Positions 51,492 through 62,999 of a stretch of 64,000 bases of DNA are shown here, piece by piece. This DNA is from the human T2T-CHM13v2.0 reference genome, Homo sapiens. Position numbers and translations under genes: made by a program. The notes under the pieces were generated by a model that had not been told where the DNA came from, searched no databases, and saw nothing but the letters and a program-made list of their open reading frames with translations. The stretch is taken from assembly GCF_009914755.1 (NCBI RefSeq), contig NC_060926.1, one strand, 5' to 3'. The stretch's first letter is position 1, and the number at the start of each line of letters is the position of its first letter.

Positions 51492-53169
51492 AAGAAGCGG
51501 AAAGCACCTTGATATTCAGACCCCTGACTGCTGCCAGGGTCCAAAGCCGTCCCTTAGCCTCAACTTCACACTTGCCAGAGGACAAAGCCAACTAGACCAT
51601 GTGAAACCCGCATGCCTTCGCCACCTCTTAGCTGCCTAGAGGGACAATTAAATTAAAAATATAATGACTTTACACCAGAAGGAAGTTTATCCAAACCACA
51701 CATGAAAAGTCGATTTCTGATTTCGTAGCCACACCTCTGTACTGCTTGGTTAAAGACCAAACAATTGTGAAACGTAGAGAAGAACGATGAGCAAGTCGTG
51801 AATGTGGGTTTCTGTTTCCCAGTAATCTTTTTCAGACTTTAGAAATGCCTACGGTTTCTGGAGATATGAGTGTCTAAGTATAACGAGAATATGTTTGGAT
51901 TTCACACATTCTTATTTTACAGCAGAAATCCTTGGTAAGTGAGGAAGTCCCGTGAAAGCTGAAAAATCATTGGCTTTGACAATAGACCTATAAATAGAAG
52001 GCACAGGAATCATGAATATGCTAATGGATTTTCCCTGCTATGGCCTTGCGGTATTGAGGTTTTAGCCCTAACATGTACATCAATTGGTGCCAAGTTTAAC
52101 CATCCTGCAATCTTCAGCAGGAATCCCTGCTTTACATGGAACAAGCGGCATGAATCACAGATGTTAGGGGAGGGCCCAGGATTTCTGAATCAGAAAACTG
52201 TCTCCCTGCAAATTTTTGATGATTTAGTACTTGGGTAAATGTTCTCTCTAAAATGGACCAGTAATCAGGTGGTTCAAAGCTTATGAGTACAATAGAAATT
52301 TAAATATTTTCTAGCTTAACACATTACATAAGGATAAATCAGCCAACAGACATTTATGGATCCATGGAGCATCTATAATAAATGGGTCTTAACTTTACTG
52401 GAATGTAAGCCCTATGAGGGCAAGGATGTATCCACCATGGAGTGGATAAAAGAGTGATGGGCACATGGTAGGTGTTGATACTTATCTATTGGATTAATTG
52501 GGTGGTTGATTCATTAATTAATTAAACTGTATTACTGAAGGAGAATATCATTTCAGGGGATCCCCAGCTGTCCTAGGAAATATGACACCAACTGAACACA
52601 TGGAACTTGCTATAAAGAAAGGCAGCAGAGGGAAGACTTACCTGTTTCCAGTACAGTAACCCTGCTGAAGGAGCAATGGTGGGCAGTCAAGTTACCCCTC
52701 ATTCATTCACTCAACACTCACCAACCTAGTTCTTACTGTGCTCCCAGCTCCAGGTCAGGGCAGAACTATAGACATGGCCAGAACACCACTGTCAGAAATA
52801 GCATCTTTAACCCATCAATCCAACCCATCCATGACAGGCTCTGAATGCCTGTCCAGCCTAGATAGGGGGTAAGGGTGGGGGATGCCCACAGAGAAGTGCA
52901 GGGCCCAGCCATCTCGTGGGAGCTGGACGTCCAGCCAATGCACAATATGAGCACATGTGTCCCTTTGACTTCAGCTCTTCCTCAGGTCCATGTGTTTTGC
53001 CCCAGGGATGTGCAAAAATCTGAAGGGAGATCACAGATGTTGTGCAGGAACAGAATGTGTGTGTAGCAAAGCAAATGAGGGCATCTTGGAAAGCTGGCGA
53101 GGACCAAGTCACAGAGGACCTTGGATGCAGAAAGGATAAAACAAGCAAGAATTTTAAAGTTGTAAGGAA

Positions 53170-53380
53170 CGTTGGGCAGAGTGGTTAAGGAGACAGACTT
53201 TGAATCACATTGACTTGGGTTAGAATCCAAGTTTTGCAGATTAGCAATCATGGTATGCTGAACAAGTTAAACTCATTTGATCTCAGTTTCCTTGTCTGTA
53301 AAACACAAGCAATGCTATGAATGCCTTGTAGAGTCATTACCTCTTCCTAGTAAGCTTCCAATAAACTGTAGCTGGTTTAC
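53170..53380 (+). mobile_element. MIR
   Basis: GAGTGGTTAAGGAG.CAGACTTTGAATCA...AACAAGTTAAAC...CTCAGTTTCCTTGTCTGTAAAA. Confidence 0.75.
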
Positions 53381-55194
53381 AAATGGTGTGTGGGATCAGG
53401 TAGCTGAAAGTACATACATACCCTGTTCTCGTCTCCCCACCACACACACACCTACTTCAGTTCACGGTAGGCACTCTGCCTGAATTACAGGTCCCCTTGT
53501 CTGCTGCAATCAGTTCACCTCCTGATGCTATCTCCTCTAGGAAGCATTCCTTGGTTAGCTCAGCAGGGTGTGATCTCCCCTGTCTGAGAACCCATAATGC
53601 TACATTTCTACATCTCTGGCAGGCTGTGATGCAATTCTGCCTTGTACCATAGAAATCTGTGTTCTGTTTAAATCTGCTCCATCAGACCAAAACGTCTTTG
53701 AGAGTTACTACCATCCTTTACACCTTCATAGGCCCCACTGTGACTCATAGATAGCCTGCTTTGATGCATGTCTATTTGATTGAGTCCAGATCTCCACGAG
53801 TTTTGCAGGTGAGGAAACTAGACTCTAGATCTTCCAGCCCATCGGGGTAGAATGGAGGCCTTTGGCCTCAGGCTCCCACACCTAAGCTCTGTTTCAGAAT
53901 CATCAGAGAGACATTTCATTTGATCATGGAATGGAGCAGTCCCGCAGATCAAGCTCAGCCCTCGGAAGGAGCAGAGGCAGTGGGAAAGGCTGAAGGCTCC
54001 ACTGTGGTACAGGGGCAGCAATGCCAAACTCCCAGTTGGTAACAGAGTGTTGGCCTTGACTGTGTTCCTGCCTCTGGAAACAAGACCCAGCCTTCAATGC
54101 AACGCTGATAACATCTCACCTGAAGGCAGCACAGGCAGGCCTGACTAAGGCTTCCACTCTTCAGGGGCCAGCCAGCAACATCCGGAAGTGCATGGAACAA
54201 CCCAGGCTGCATCCTCCCTCCTCCATGTTCCTTCAAGAGTCCCTTCCTCCTTGCTACTCCAACCCACCTGCTCCAGCCTGGCCAAAGGGATGCTTCTGAA
54301 ACATGGATCCAACCACCTTACTTCTCTGGCTGCAAACCCCTGCCCCACCCCATCCCACTGGATTGTTCATGGAACTGAGTTGAAACAGTGTGAGGATAGA
54401 TTATGGGGTCTCCATGTATGGCCAAGTGGAATCACTCTGTCTCTAAGCACCCAGGCCTACTTGACTCCCAATCTATGTCTCCCTGGAAGCTCCATCCATG
54501 CAACTGTTCATCTGTACATCTGTGCATTCAACTCACATTTACTGGAAAGGGAATCTCACAAGAATGAAAGGACTGGGGATTAAGGGGTGATACTATTTGA
54601 GCTAGGTTCTAGCCCTGGCTCTATGCTAACCCACAATGAGTTGTTACATGCTCTAAGCCCTGGTTTAGTGGGTCCCTTTCTTCAGTCACACCAAGTGTCC
54701 TGTTTGAAATGGGTGCAGGGACCTCAATCTCTCTCTCTTCCTCTGAAGGTCCTGAGGAAAAGGATCAGCCAGATTCTGAAGTGGCCCTGCTCTGACCACC
54801 TGGGTTCTGCAATCCTAAATGACCTGGATGCTGGTCAGAAGCTCAGCTCCATAAGGAACACAGTTTTACAGCAGAGCAGGGAGCCATTGACTGGGCCCCT
54901 CCTGACCCACAGAGCTTCCCCAACTGGCATGAATAAAAGTCACTCCAGCACTTGTACAAAAGCCGAAGAGTCCAAAACAGCATAATGGGTGCTATGATGG
55001 AAGGGAAGAAGGCTCCGGGGGAGGGACAAGGGAGAGGAGTTAGGAATAGTAGCAATAAGGTGTGGCCAGGATAGAGGTCCTGCAGCCCTGGAACAGGGAA
55101 TCCAGGTCAGAGAAAGGGAGGTGGTGGAGCCAGTCTCAGATGAGTTCATGAGGAGGCAACGCTGGGGCTGGACCTTGAATGACAAAGGTGACAG

Positions 55195-55410
55195 CGACTG
55201 TTTATTGTGCATCTACTGGGCACTGGGCAATATAAATGCATTATCTCTCATCCTTACTAAAACCCTAGAAGATAGGAAGTATAAATTCCATTTTACTGAT
55301 AAGGAAATTGAGGTCGAGATAAGTTCTCTGGTTGTCTGGTCTGTTAATGTCAAAGATAGGATTTGAACCCAAGTGCATCTCATTCCAGAGCCCACGCTCC
55401 TTCACTACAC
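55195..55410 (-). mobile_element. MIRb
   Basis: TTTATTGTGCATCTACT...CCATTTTACTGATAAGGAAATTGAGG...GGATTTGAACCCAAG. Confidence 0.75.
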
Positions 55411-56354
55411 AGGATCTGGATAGGGAAGGGGTGCAGAGGGCAGCCCAAAGACGGGCTCCCTGCAGTGCAAAAGCCTGGAGGCAAGACCAGGGAATAGCCT
55501 TTGGTATAAAGGAGGTTGTGCATTGTCCGAGGACAGAAGCTTGTCTCTATCCTGGGAAAAAGGCACACTGCCTCACTCAGGCCTAGAGAAAGCCTGGTGG
55601 CTTGCTCCTCCCCAAACCCCAGTCCCTGTCCCAGGTTGTTTACCTCCAGTACTTATGGAAATATAAGTGCTCTCACCTGACTCGGAGGACTGCAATGAAC
55701 CAGGCAGGAGCACACTCTATGAACCTTCTGCCCATCCAGCAGCATGCCTCCAGGGGACAACCAGCCCCCAGGGTTCCTGGCAGCTCATCTAGACATTTCC
55801 ATTTGATGCTATGCAAATGGATGAGCCTGCCGCTGCCATCAGGACCACCACTCCATGCTGGGAGTTTTCATGAAACAGATTCCAAACCTGCCCTTAGGCA
55901 GACATGGCCAACCCCAGATCCCAGCTCCACCAGGAGATCCCAGCTGCGGGGTGCTGGAAAGGGGCAAGTCAGCACTCGCAGCTGAAATCTACCTCTGGAG
56001 TACAGTTCTTCCCAGAGCCACAGCACCCCCTGCCCATGACAGGCCTCTCGAAGGCCATGCTAACACCTGCCCACTTCTAGAAGCTGCATGCCAGAGAGGC
56101 TAACATACCCAGTTAACCCACAAAGACCCACACCCTGAGCCAAGCCACCAGCTAATTAAAACATTCTGTGAGTGACTTCCACGCAGATGGAAAAAAACTG
56201 AAACAACACAGAACAAAGGAAAGGAGAGACTTCTGTTTGGGTCCTGGCTGTCACTATACCAGCCATGTGACCTCTGGCAAGCCACTTATTCTCTGATCTT
56301 TTCTTTCTTATCTGGTAGTAGTAACATCCAACATTTATTTTTTAAATTTGTAGA

Positions 56355-56530
56355 TCACAATGTACTTTTACATAAACTATTTTATTGAAGGTGATGCTCG
56401 CAAAACCTTGCGAGGTAAGAACTATTGACCCCGTTTTGCAGATGAGGAGCACCAGGGTCAGAGAGGTCAACCTCCATATTCAAGCCACACAGCCATTAAG
56501 TCTGGCCTGGAACCAGATCCCCTAATAGCC
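56355..56530 (-). mobile_element. MIR fragment
   Basis: CCCCGTTTTGCAGATGAGGA...CAGAGAGGTCAA...CAAGCCACACAGC. Confidence 0.65.
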
Positions 56531-57105
56531 TGCCCTCCCTGCTGCGTCCACCTCCCACAGCCTACTTGGGAAGACGCTCCCCTGTGAAGCCTTCCCAGAC
56601 ATCTTGTCAACCATCATGGCATTCTCCCTCTCATCACTTCAATGTCTGGCTTTCTGCATTCTGATTTTCTACAGTCTGGAACCCTTGGGGCAGCTGGAAG
56701 CCTCTCCTGCAGGTACATTCACTGTTCACCATTCAAGCCCCCAAAATAGAACATTCTCTTCCGCCCGACCTCTGCTAGACCAAATGCCACCACCAACAGG
56801 TCCCCAAAGACAAAAAGTGGGAGAAAAACTTCTGGGCTGGCTGTAGGAATGTGCAGTTAAAGTAGGACAGGAAAGTTGAGAGTTTGATCTAGAAATAGGA
56901 CCCTATATAGAAAAAAAGAAAGGAGGGGCATGATCCTATCGGCAACTGCCCAAGTTGGCCACAGCTGACAATACTGACATAGGAACACATTCTCTGATGT
57001 CCTAGGAGAGGGTGATAGGACCATCCAGCTGCTGTTGCACGCGCCAGGGACCACACCTGGCTCTGCAGCCCTCTGGGCATGCTGCCCGCTGGGTCTCGTG
57101 GGCAG

Positions 57106-57201
57106 TGCTGACTCACAGAGGCCAGACCAAGGGGACAGCCTGGCCCGGCTCTCAGCACGTCTGACTCACCGTCTCCTCCTGAGCCACTGTACGACATTCC
57201 T
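57106..57201. promoter_or_regulatory. Candidate AP-1/MARE + TEAD enhancer motifs
   Basis: TGCTGACTCAC 57106-57116, TGACTCA 57162-57168, ACATTCCT 57194-57201 in a CpG-retaining unique segment. Confidence 0.35.
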
Positions 57202-57479
57202 TCTCCAAGAAACAACATCCATCTTTTTTTTTTAACTGGCAGAAGAGCTTTTTCATGTTCTTGGGACTGTAAACCAAGCATCGAATTTTCCGCAACTTTT
57301 TCTAGTAAGTGTGCCTTGTGGGAAAGTTAAAAACAAGTCCATTTTTGGGCCTAAACATTGTTATAACTCCTGAGCTGCCTTAGTTTCTCCCGAGGTCGTT
57401 CACCTAGGGGACGCCAAAAGCAAGGATGTTTCAGAGATCGTTGATCAAAGTAGGCACAAGATTAGGTAGTCAGCTTTGC

Positions 57480-57720
57480 TTGAATGAGTGTTTAATATTT
57501 AATAGAAATCCACATGTCAGGCACTGAATAGTCATTGTGCATGTATTTCTCTAGGCCCTACCATAAGCCTGCAGAGTCAGAATTGTCATCCCTGTTTTAA
57601 AGCTGTGGAAACTGAGGCTCAGAAAGGTTAAGCAACTTGTACAAAGTTAAACATTGGAGCCAAGATTTAAGCTCATGTCTATCTAATCCCAAAACTTCTA
57701 TGCCTTAACTAAACCATGCA
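57480..57720 (-). mobile_element. MIR fragment
   Basis: GGAAACTGAGGCTCAGAAAGGTTAAGCAACTTG..CAAAG. Confidence 0.7.
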
Positions 57721-58189
57721 GCTTCTTTCCTCTCAGCCCCCACACATCCAGGCTGAGAGCAGGTCATTCTCCTGCAATTCGTACATTCCTGGAGGTTACT
57801 GAGCATGCCAAAGAGTTTCTACGAAGAGAATCCCTTGGCCTCCATCTCTGGCCAAGCTGTCTGCTCCTACCATCCCTGCCCCTCCTGACTCCTGAGGCTA
57901 AAGCTCCCTGGCTGCATCTCCCGGAAAAGGCAAAGAGTAAAAAATCACAGTTCCTATGGGTGCTACCCAGCCAGTCAAGCAATGTGTCCTCCTGGGAAGT
58001 TACTAACCTCTACCAGACTATACAACAGCCCATCCTCAAAGCCCTACATGGACCCATAAAAGCAAACCCTGTACCGAAGGCCCCTGTAGGGCACAGGTGG
58101 TGCTTGGGAGTAAGTCTGCTCATTGCAGATGGCATGCTGATGGGCAGATGGCCAGGTGGGCACTGCCCATGTACAGAGAGCTCATGCTG

Positions 58190-58575
58190 GATGCTTTGTT
58201 TACCCCTTGGACCCACCCTCCACTGTTCTCTGGCCTGGAGGCCAACCTGGGGCTGGAAGAATGGGCTTCCTTGCCCTTTGTCCTCCAGCTGGGTCTGGCC
58301 AGTGGAAGGTACTGGCACTATAGCAGAGGGCAGGAGGTGAATAAGACCAGGCTACTTGCCCAGCTCCTCTCAGGCAGCCTCTCCTGAGCCCCACAGCTGC
58401 AAGTACAGGTACGGTGGCTGCAACTGTCCGCCCCTACCACCCACCGCCCCCAGAGGGCTTCACCATCCCTTGCTCATGGCCCTTGCTCTTCTCACACTTT
58501 GAAAATAGGCACCCCCCTCCATTAAACTCTCCACGGTTACTTCCGTCTGTTCCTGCCAGGTCCCCAGCTCATTCA
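58190..58575 (+). mobile_element. LTR33-like ERVL LTR
   Basis: CCTTGCCCTTTG..CCAGCTGGGTCTGGCCAGTGG...GAGGGCAGGAGG...CACCATCCCTTG...ATTAAACTCTCC...TCTGTTCCTGCCAGG. Confidence 0.65.
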
Positions 58576-59009
58576 GAGTGGTTTAGTGCAAAGGCGTCGC
58601 CTTGAGTAAAGGAAGTGTGGGGTAAGCCAAGGCTATTTTGATGGCTTTTCTTTGGCTTTTATCATCCTCAAAATCAGGAAATTTTAGATGCTGTTCTTAG
58701 TGCATTTGCTGTGCATTTAAACTGTCGGCTACAATTCAGAAGCACCGGCACTTCTGTCAGCCACAGCTTCAATTCCCTGGCAGTAAATTCCTTAAGTAAA
58801 GAGAGAGGCCTTGGCCTCACAGCCTTCCCAGGATCCACGAGGTACCCACTCACACTTGGAATACTTGCCAGGTAACATCAGACTCAAAGCAACATTCTGC
58901 ATAAAGCATGTTTGTTGGATTTAAGAATAAAATTTTTATTGAGATCCATTATCTTCCCAGTCTCCATTAAAATTGACTTGCTTTCAGTCTGTACAGATTT
59001 ATTCTTAAC

Positions 59010-59370
59010 GGAAGAGATAAGAAAAAGACCAAGACCCAATTCCTACCCTCAAGAAGCTCACAGATAAATGAATGCAATGTAACAGGAGCAATAAGAACAC
59101 AAAAGCGACTCTCACACTGCCTGGAGGTACAAGGAAGGCTTCACAGAGGAGTGGCATCCAAGATGATGTCTGAAGGGTGGCAAGGAGCTCAGCATGTGAA
59201 TAGATGAGTGAGGGCATTCCAGGTAGTGGGCACAGCATATGTAAAGGTATGAAGGCATGAAAGGGTATATGGTGTCCTGGGGGCCAGAAGTAAAACATTA
59301 TGACAAGAACTTGGAGCATGTTTTGGGGACTGATAGTCATCAGACTGGAGAGTCAGGCCAAGGCCCTGCA
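59010..59370 (-). mobile_element. L2 fragment
   Basis: CCTACCCTCAAGAAGCTCACAG...GGAAGGCTTCACAGAGGAG...GGGCATTCCAGG...CAGCATATGTAAAGG. Confidence 0.7.
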
Positions 59371-60829
59371 GCCATGCTTAGAATTCAGAAGGAAGAACAA
59401 AACACTTGTAAAGTATAAATGATTGTCAGCCAAGAACCGTGTGTAAGGCTTTCTTAGTGACATTTCAAAATGGCCTTCTTATAAAATGATATTTCAAAAT
59501 GGCCTTCTTAATGACAAAGGAAAATCTGATCAATTCATTTCTGGGTTAAAATTTATGCTCCAGAAAAATGTGACCTAAAGAGTAAGAAAATAAAGGTTAC
59601 ATATTTTGAAGTGGTTTAAGTAATAGATATTGTTGAGTACACATATTCTGTAAATTAGTGTGTATCTGTGCCAACTGGTTGGAAATAGCTCTTAAAAGTG
59701 GAGATTGGATGCATGGCGGGATGGATGGGTAGGAGATGAATATATGCATGCATAGATGGATGATTAAAGGAAGGAGGGAAAGAGGAAAGGAAGGAAAAGG
59801 AATGAAAGAACACAGTGAACGAATTCAGAGGTAAATGACTGAGAGATGGATGAAAAACAAATGGATGCTCCCAAAGCATTCATCACTCCCCGCCATTAAG
59901 CCTCCTTCTAACTCAGTGAATGAGCTCTGCCTATTGCCACAGAAACAAAATAATTTGGAAATGGCCAACTGAATTAGAAGCCAAGTTCAAAACTCCCAGA
60001 GCATTGAGAACACACGGTGAAGACCCCTGCACAATCCCACAGATAACTGGAGAGAGGCCCGATATGCCCATCCTTGCCTCTCCCTGGCCCTGCTCCCCTG
60101 AACAATGTGAGGATCACATGTGGGGATCCTGCAAGAGAACAGTGCCCTAGGGAACATCTCAGACTGTAAATTCCAAGGAACATTACAACCAATTGAAGGA
60201 AACTCTTGCAATTTTGTGAGCCACAAATGGCTCCAAGGAAAGTCTGGGTCAGTTTTCAGACCTGGCAATAACTTCCTTCATGGCAGAAGGATGGTGGCCA
60301 TGAAAAGGCCAGTTTTTCCTTCCCCATTTTCCCAAAGGAATGGGCCCTGAGCCGGGAAGGTTGTGTTTTCCCCACCTGTGGTTTTCTGTTCAAGCCAAGT
60401 CAATAAACTGAAATACAGCTTTGGTTCAGCTGATCCTCGAGGAGGGAAACAGCAATTTTGCCTTCAAAGGGACAGACCCACAAGCCAGAAATAAGAGTTA
60501 TGTTTCTGGGCTGTGCTGAAAGAAGGCTGGGCTGTAGGTTTCAAAGGGCCAAGCTCCCACCAAGTCCAGGGGTAGCTGGGGGCAGCCCAGGCTTTGGCAG
60601 TTGGGGGCACCTGTCATTTAAAGAAGGTGCTAGTTCATGAGTGGGCAGGGCAGATGCTAAAAGAAGACTAGTACCTGCTTTAACCGCACCAGGACACAGC
60701 TATCTGCTTGTGCCTCCAACAGTAGAGAAAATGGGGTAACATACTCCCTTAATGGGGTATGAATGGCCAAGCATACAGATAAATGGTAGAGGATGTGAGG
60801 AGGGAAGAAGGCTGGCCTCAAAATCACGA

Positions 60830-60990
60830 GGCTTCACTTCCTTCCTTACTTGACTTCCAAGTCCCTTTGTGGCTTTAGGCCAGTGATTCTTCCTTCCTCA
60901 GCCTCCATTTCTCATCCATAAAATGGACATGGTCGCACCTGCTCTGCCTATCTCACAGCCCTGATCAAAGAAAGAATGTGAGACTGCTTC
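60830..60990 (+). mobile_element. MIR fragment
   Basis: TCTCAGCCTCCATTTCTCATCCATAAAATGG...CTATCTCACAG. Confidence 0.6.
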
Positions 60991-62927
60991 AAAGTTTCAG
61001 CAAAAATCACCATATCATGGCCTGTATCAGGTGAACTGCCCTCCAGGGATCTTGTTATCACTAACCTTCCTTGCATCTTCAGAAGCGCATCTAGACTCCT
61101 CTCCTCCCATTCAAATAAGTCTGGTTGCATTCCCCACCTCAACTGAGTTCCCTATTCCAGCCTTGAACCTGGGTCTTCAAGGCCATCATTTCCCGGTGCC
61201 CAGATCCCCAAGGATTATGTACAGCTTCTAACTAACCCGACCCTCAGCCATAACCAAGACACTGCAATGTTTAATGCCGACCCAGTCCAATTAAACCCCC
61301 TGCATCTTCCTAGGCACAGCGCTATGGAGAAAGACATTTAACGGCCTTCAATACACAGAGGAGACCACGTTCCCCTCCACCCGGGGAAAATCTGCAAGAT
61401 GCCAAAACGTTTATTTTTCTAGGATTAACACAATGACAGGGAATCAGCCACATATATTGTTGAACATGATGAGCCAAATATTTTTCTGTAATTTTTATAA
61501 TAATATGAGGAAAGCTGAAAAAGAAAAAAAAAAAAAAAAAGAAAGCAGCTGGTGTTAGGCTAGCCTTCGTAAGTTCCAGCCTCCAAAAATAACAGTCGTT
61601 CCCATGAATTACCAACAACGCTGTTTGTAGGACAGTTGCTTGATATAAGAAATGGAACATATTAACAGGAGCTTCCTGAGAAAAAGGGGCTTAGGGAGGA
61701 CAGAGTGACCTAAGACAGAGGATGCTGGGGAGGCCACAAGCTCTCAGCCCCATCCCCTGTGATGTGGTCTCCCCAAGCCTCCTGCAAAGCAAAAGAGGTC
61801 ACAGGAGATGCCGCCAGGACCCACACTGATTTCAAGCACTCAGAATGTGGGCAGGTGGGGATGGGGACTCAAGCCGGGAGGAGGGCATCTGGATTGGGTC
61901 ACACAAGTGCCACAGCACTGCCAGACAACTTACTCACTGTGTTGCTCTTTCCAGACCTTGAAACCTGATAAAGTGATGTGGAAGAGACAAACACGAAACC
62001 GGAGTCTAAGGAGAGATGAGGGTCAGAAAGGAAGTTCAAGGGAAGAGAAGGTGGAGGCAGACATGGTCAGGGCCTGGCAGCAAGGGGGTTCATCTTCTAG
62101 GGCCCCCACTCTCCCACAGCCTCTGGGTAAATCTAGTAGGGGAGGTATGTTGTGAGGAGGAGGAAGAAAAACAAGCACCCTGGGCTAAGAATGCAGAGTA
62201 GAGTGCTGGGATGGCTTCCCCACTCCCTGCCTCTGTAGCCTTGGATCAGTCACTGGCCTGCCCTTGGGCCAAGGTGTCCTCAACCTCATGAGGGTGCTGT
62301 AGAGATTAAGTGGGAGTGAGATAATTACAGCAATGCCACAGAAGGCTGGAAGCTGGTGTCTAGGAGCCAGCTGCTCCTTCAACCCTGCACTAAGGGAGGT
62401 CACGTGAGGAGCGTGAAGAGGGCCCTTGTGGACCAGCCAGAGGGGACCCCAGGAACAGCAAGCCTGCTACTTCTCAGCCTCCCAAAAAGAGCTTTCCCCT
62501 GGACTGTCCCCCAGGGAACTGGAGCTCCAGCTGACAACTGCTTGTGTAGAATAAGAGATGACATTTGTTCAGAGCCTCGGAGGACAGATCCAGGGCCACT
62601 AGCGGATGCTTCCTGGAGTCAAACATCTGCTTGGCAGAAAGAAGGACTTTCTATCAGTCAACACAAAGCTGGCAGCCCCTTCCCCACCCGCTCTCCGGGG
62701 ATTTGCCCAACTTTATTCTCACACTCATACTCTCTTCTCTCTTAGGGCCTTATTTTTAAAAAGGGACCTGGAAAAAGAAGGATCTTCAAGACCAAAGGGC
62801 TAGGGAGAAAGGAACTGATCAGATTGGGCCCTGGACACAGGAAATCCTCAGGCTAATGGAGGGGAGTTGAGGCAGAGACACCCAAGGCTGGGCTTGGGTT
62901 AGGAGAGCTTCACAAAGCAGCTGCCTA

Positions 62928-62999
62928 GAGGGACCAGTGGAAGAGACCCTGGAGGGACCAGTGGACAAGGCCTTGGAGGGGTCAGTGGAAGAGATGCTA
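62928..62999. repeat. 24-bp tandem repeat, 3 copies
   Basis: GAGGGACCAGTGGAAGAGACCCTG / GAGGGACCAGTGGACAAGGCCTTG / GAGGGGTCAGTGGAAGAGATGCTA. Confidence 0.85.
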
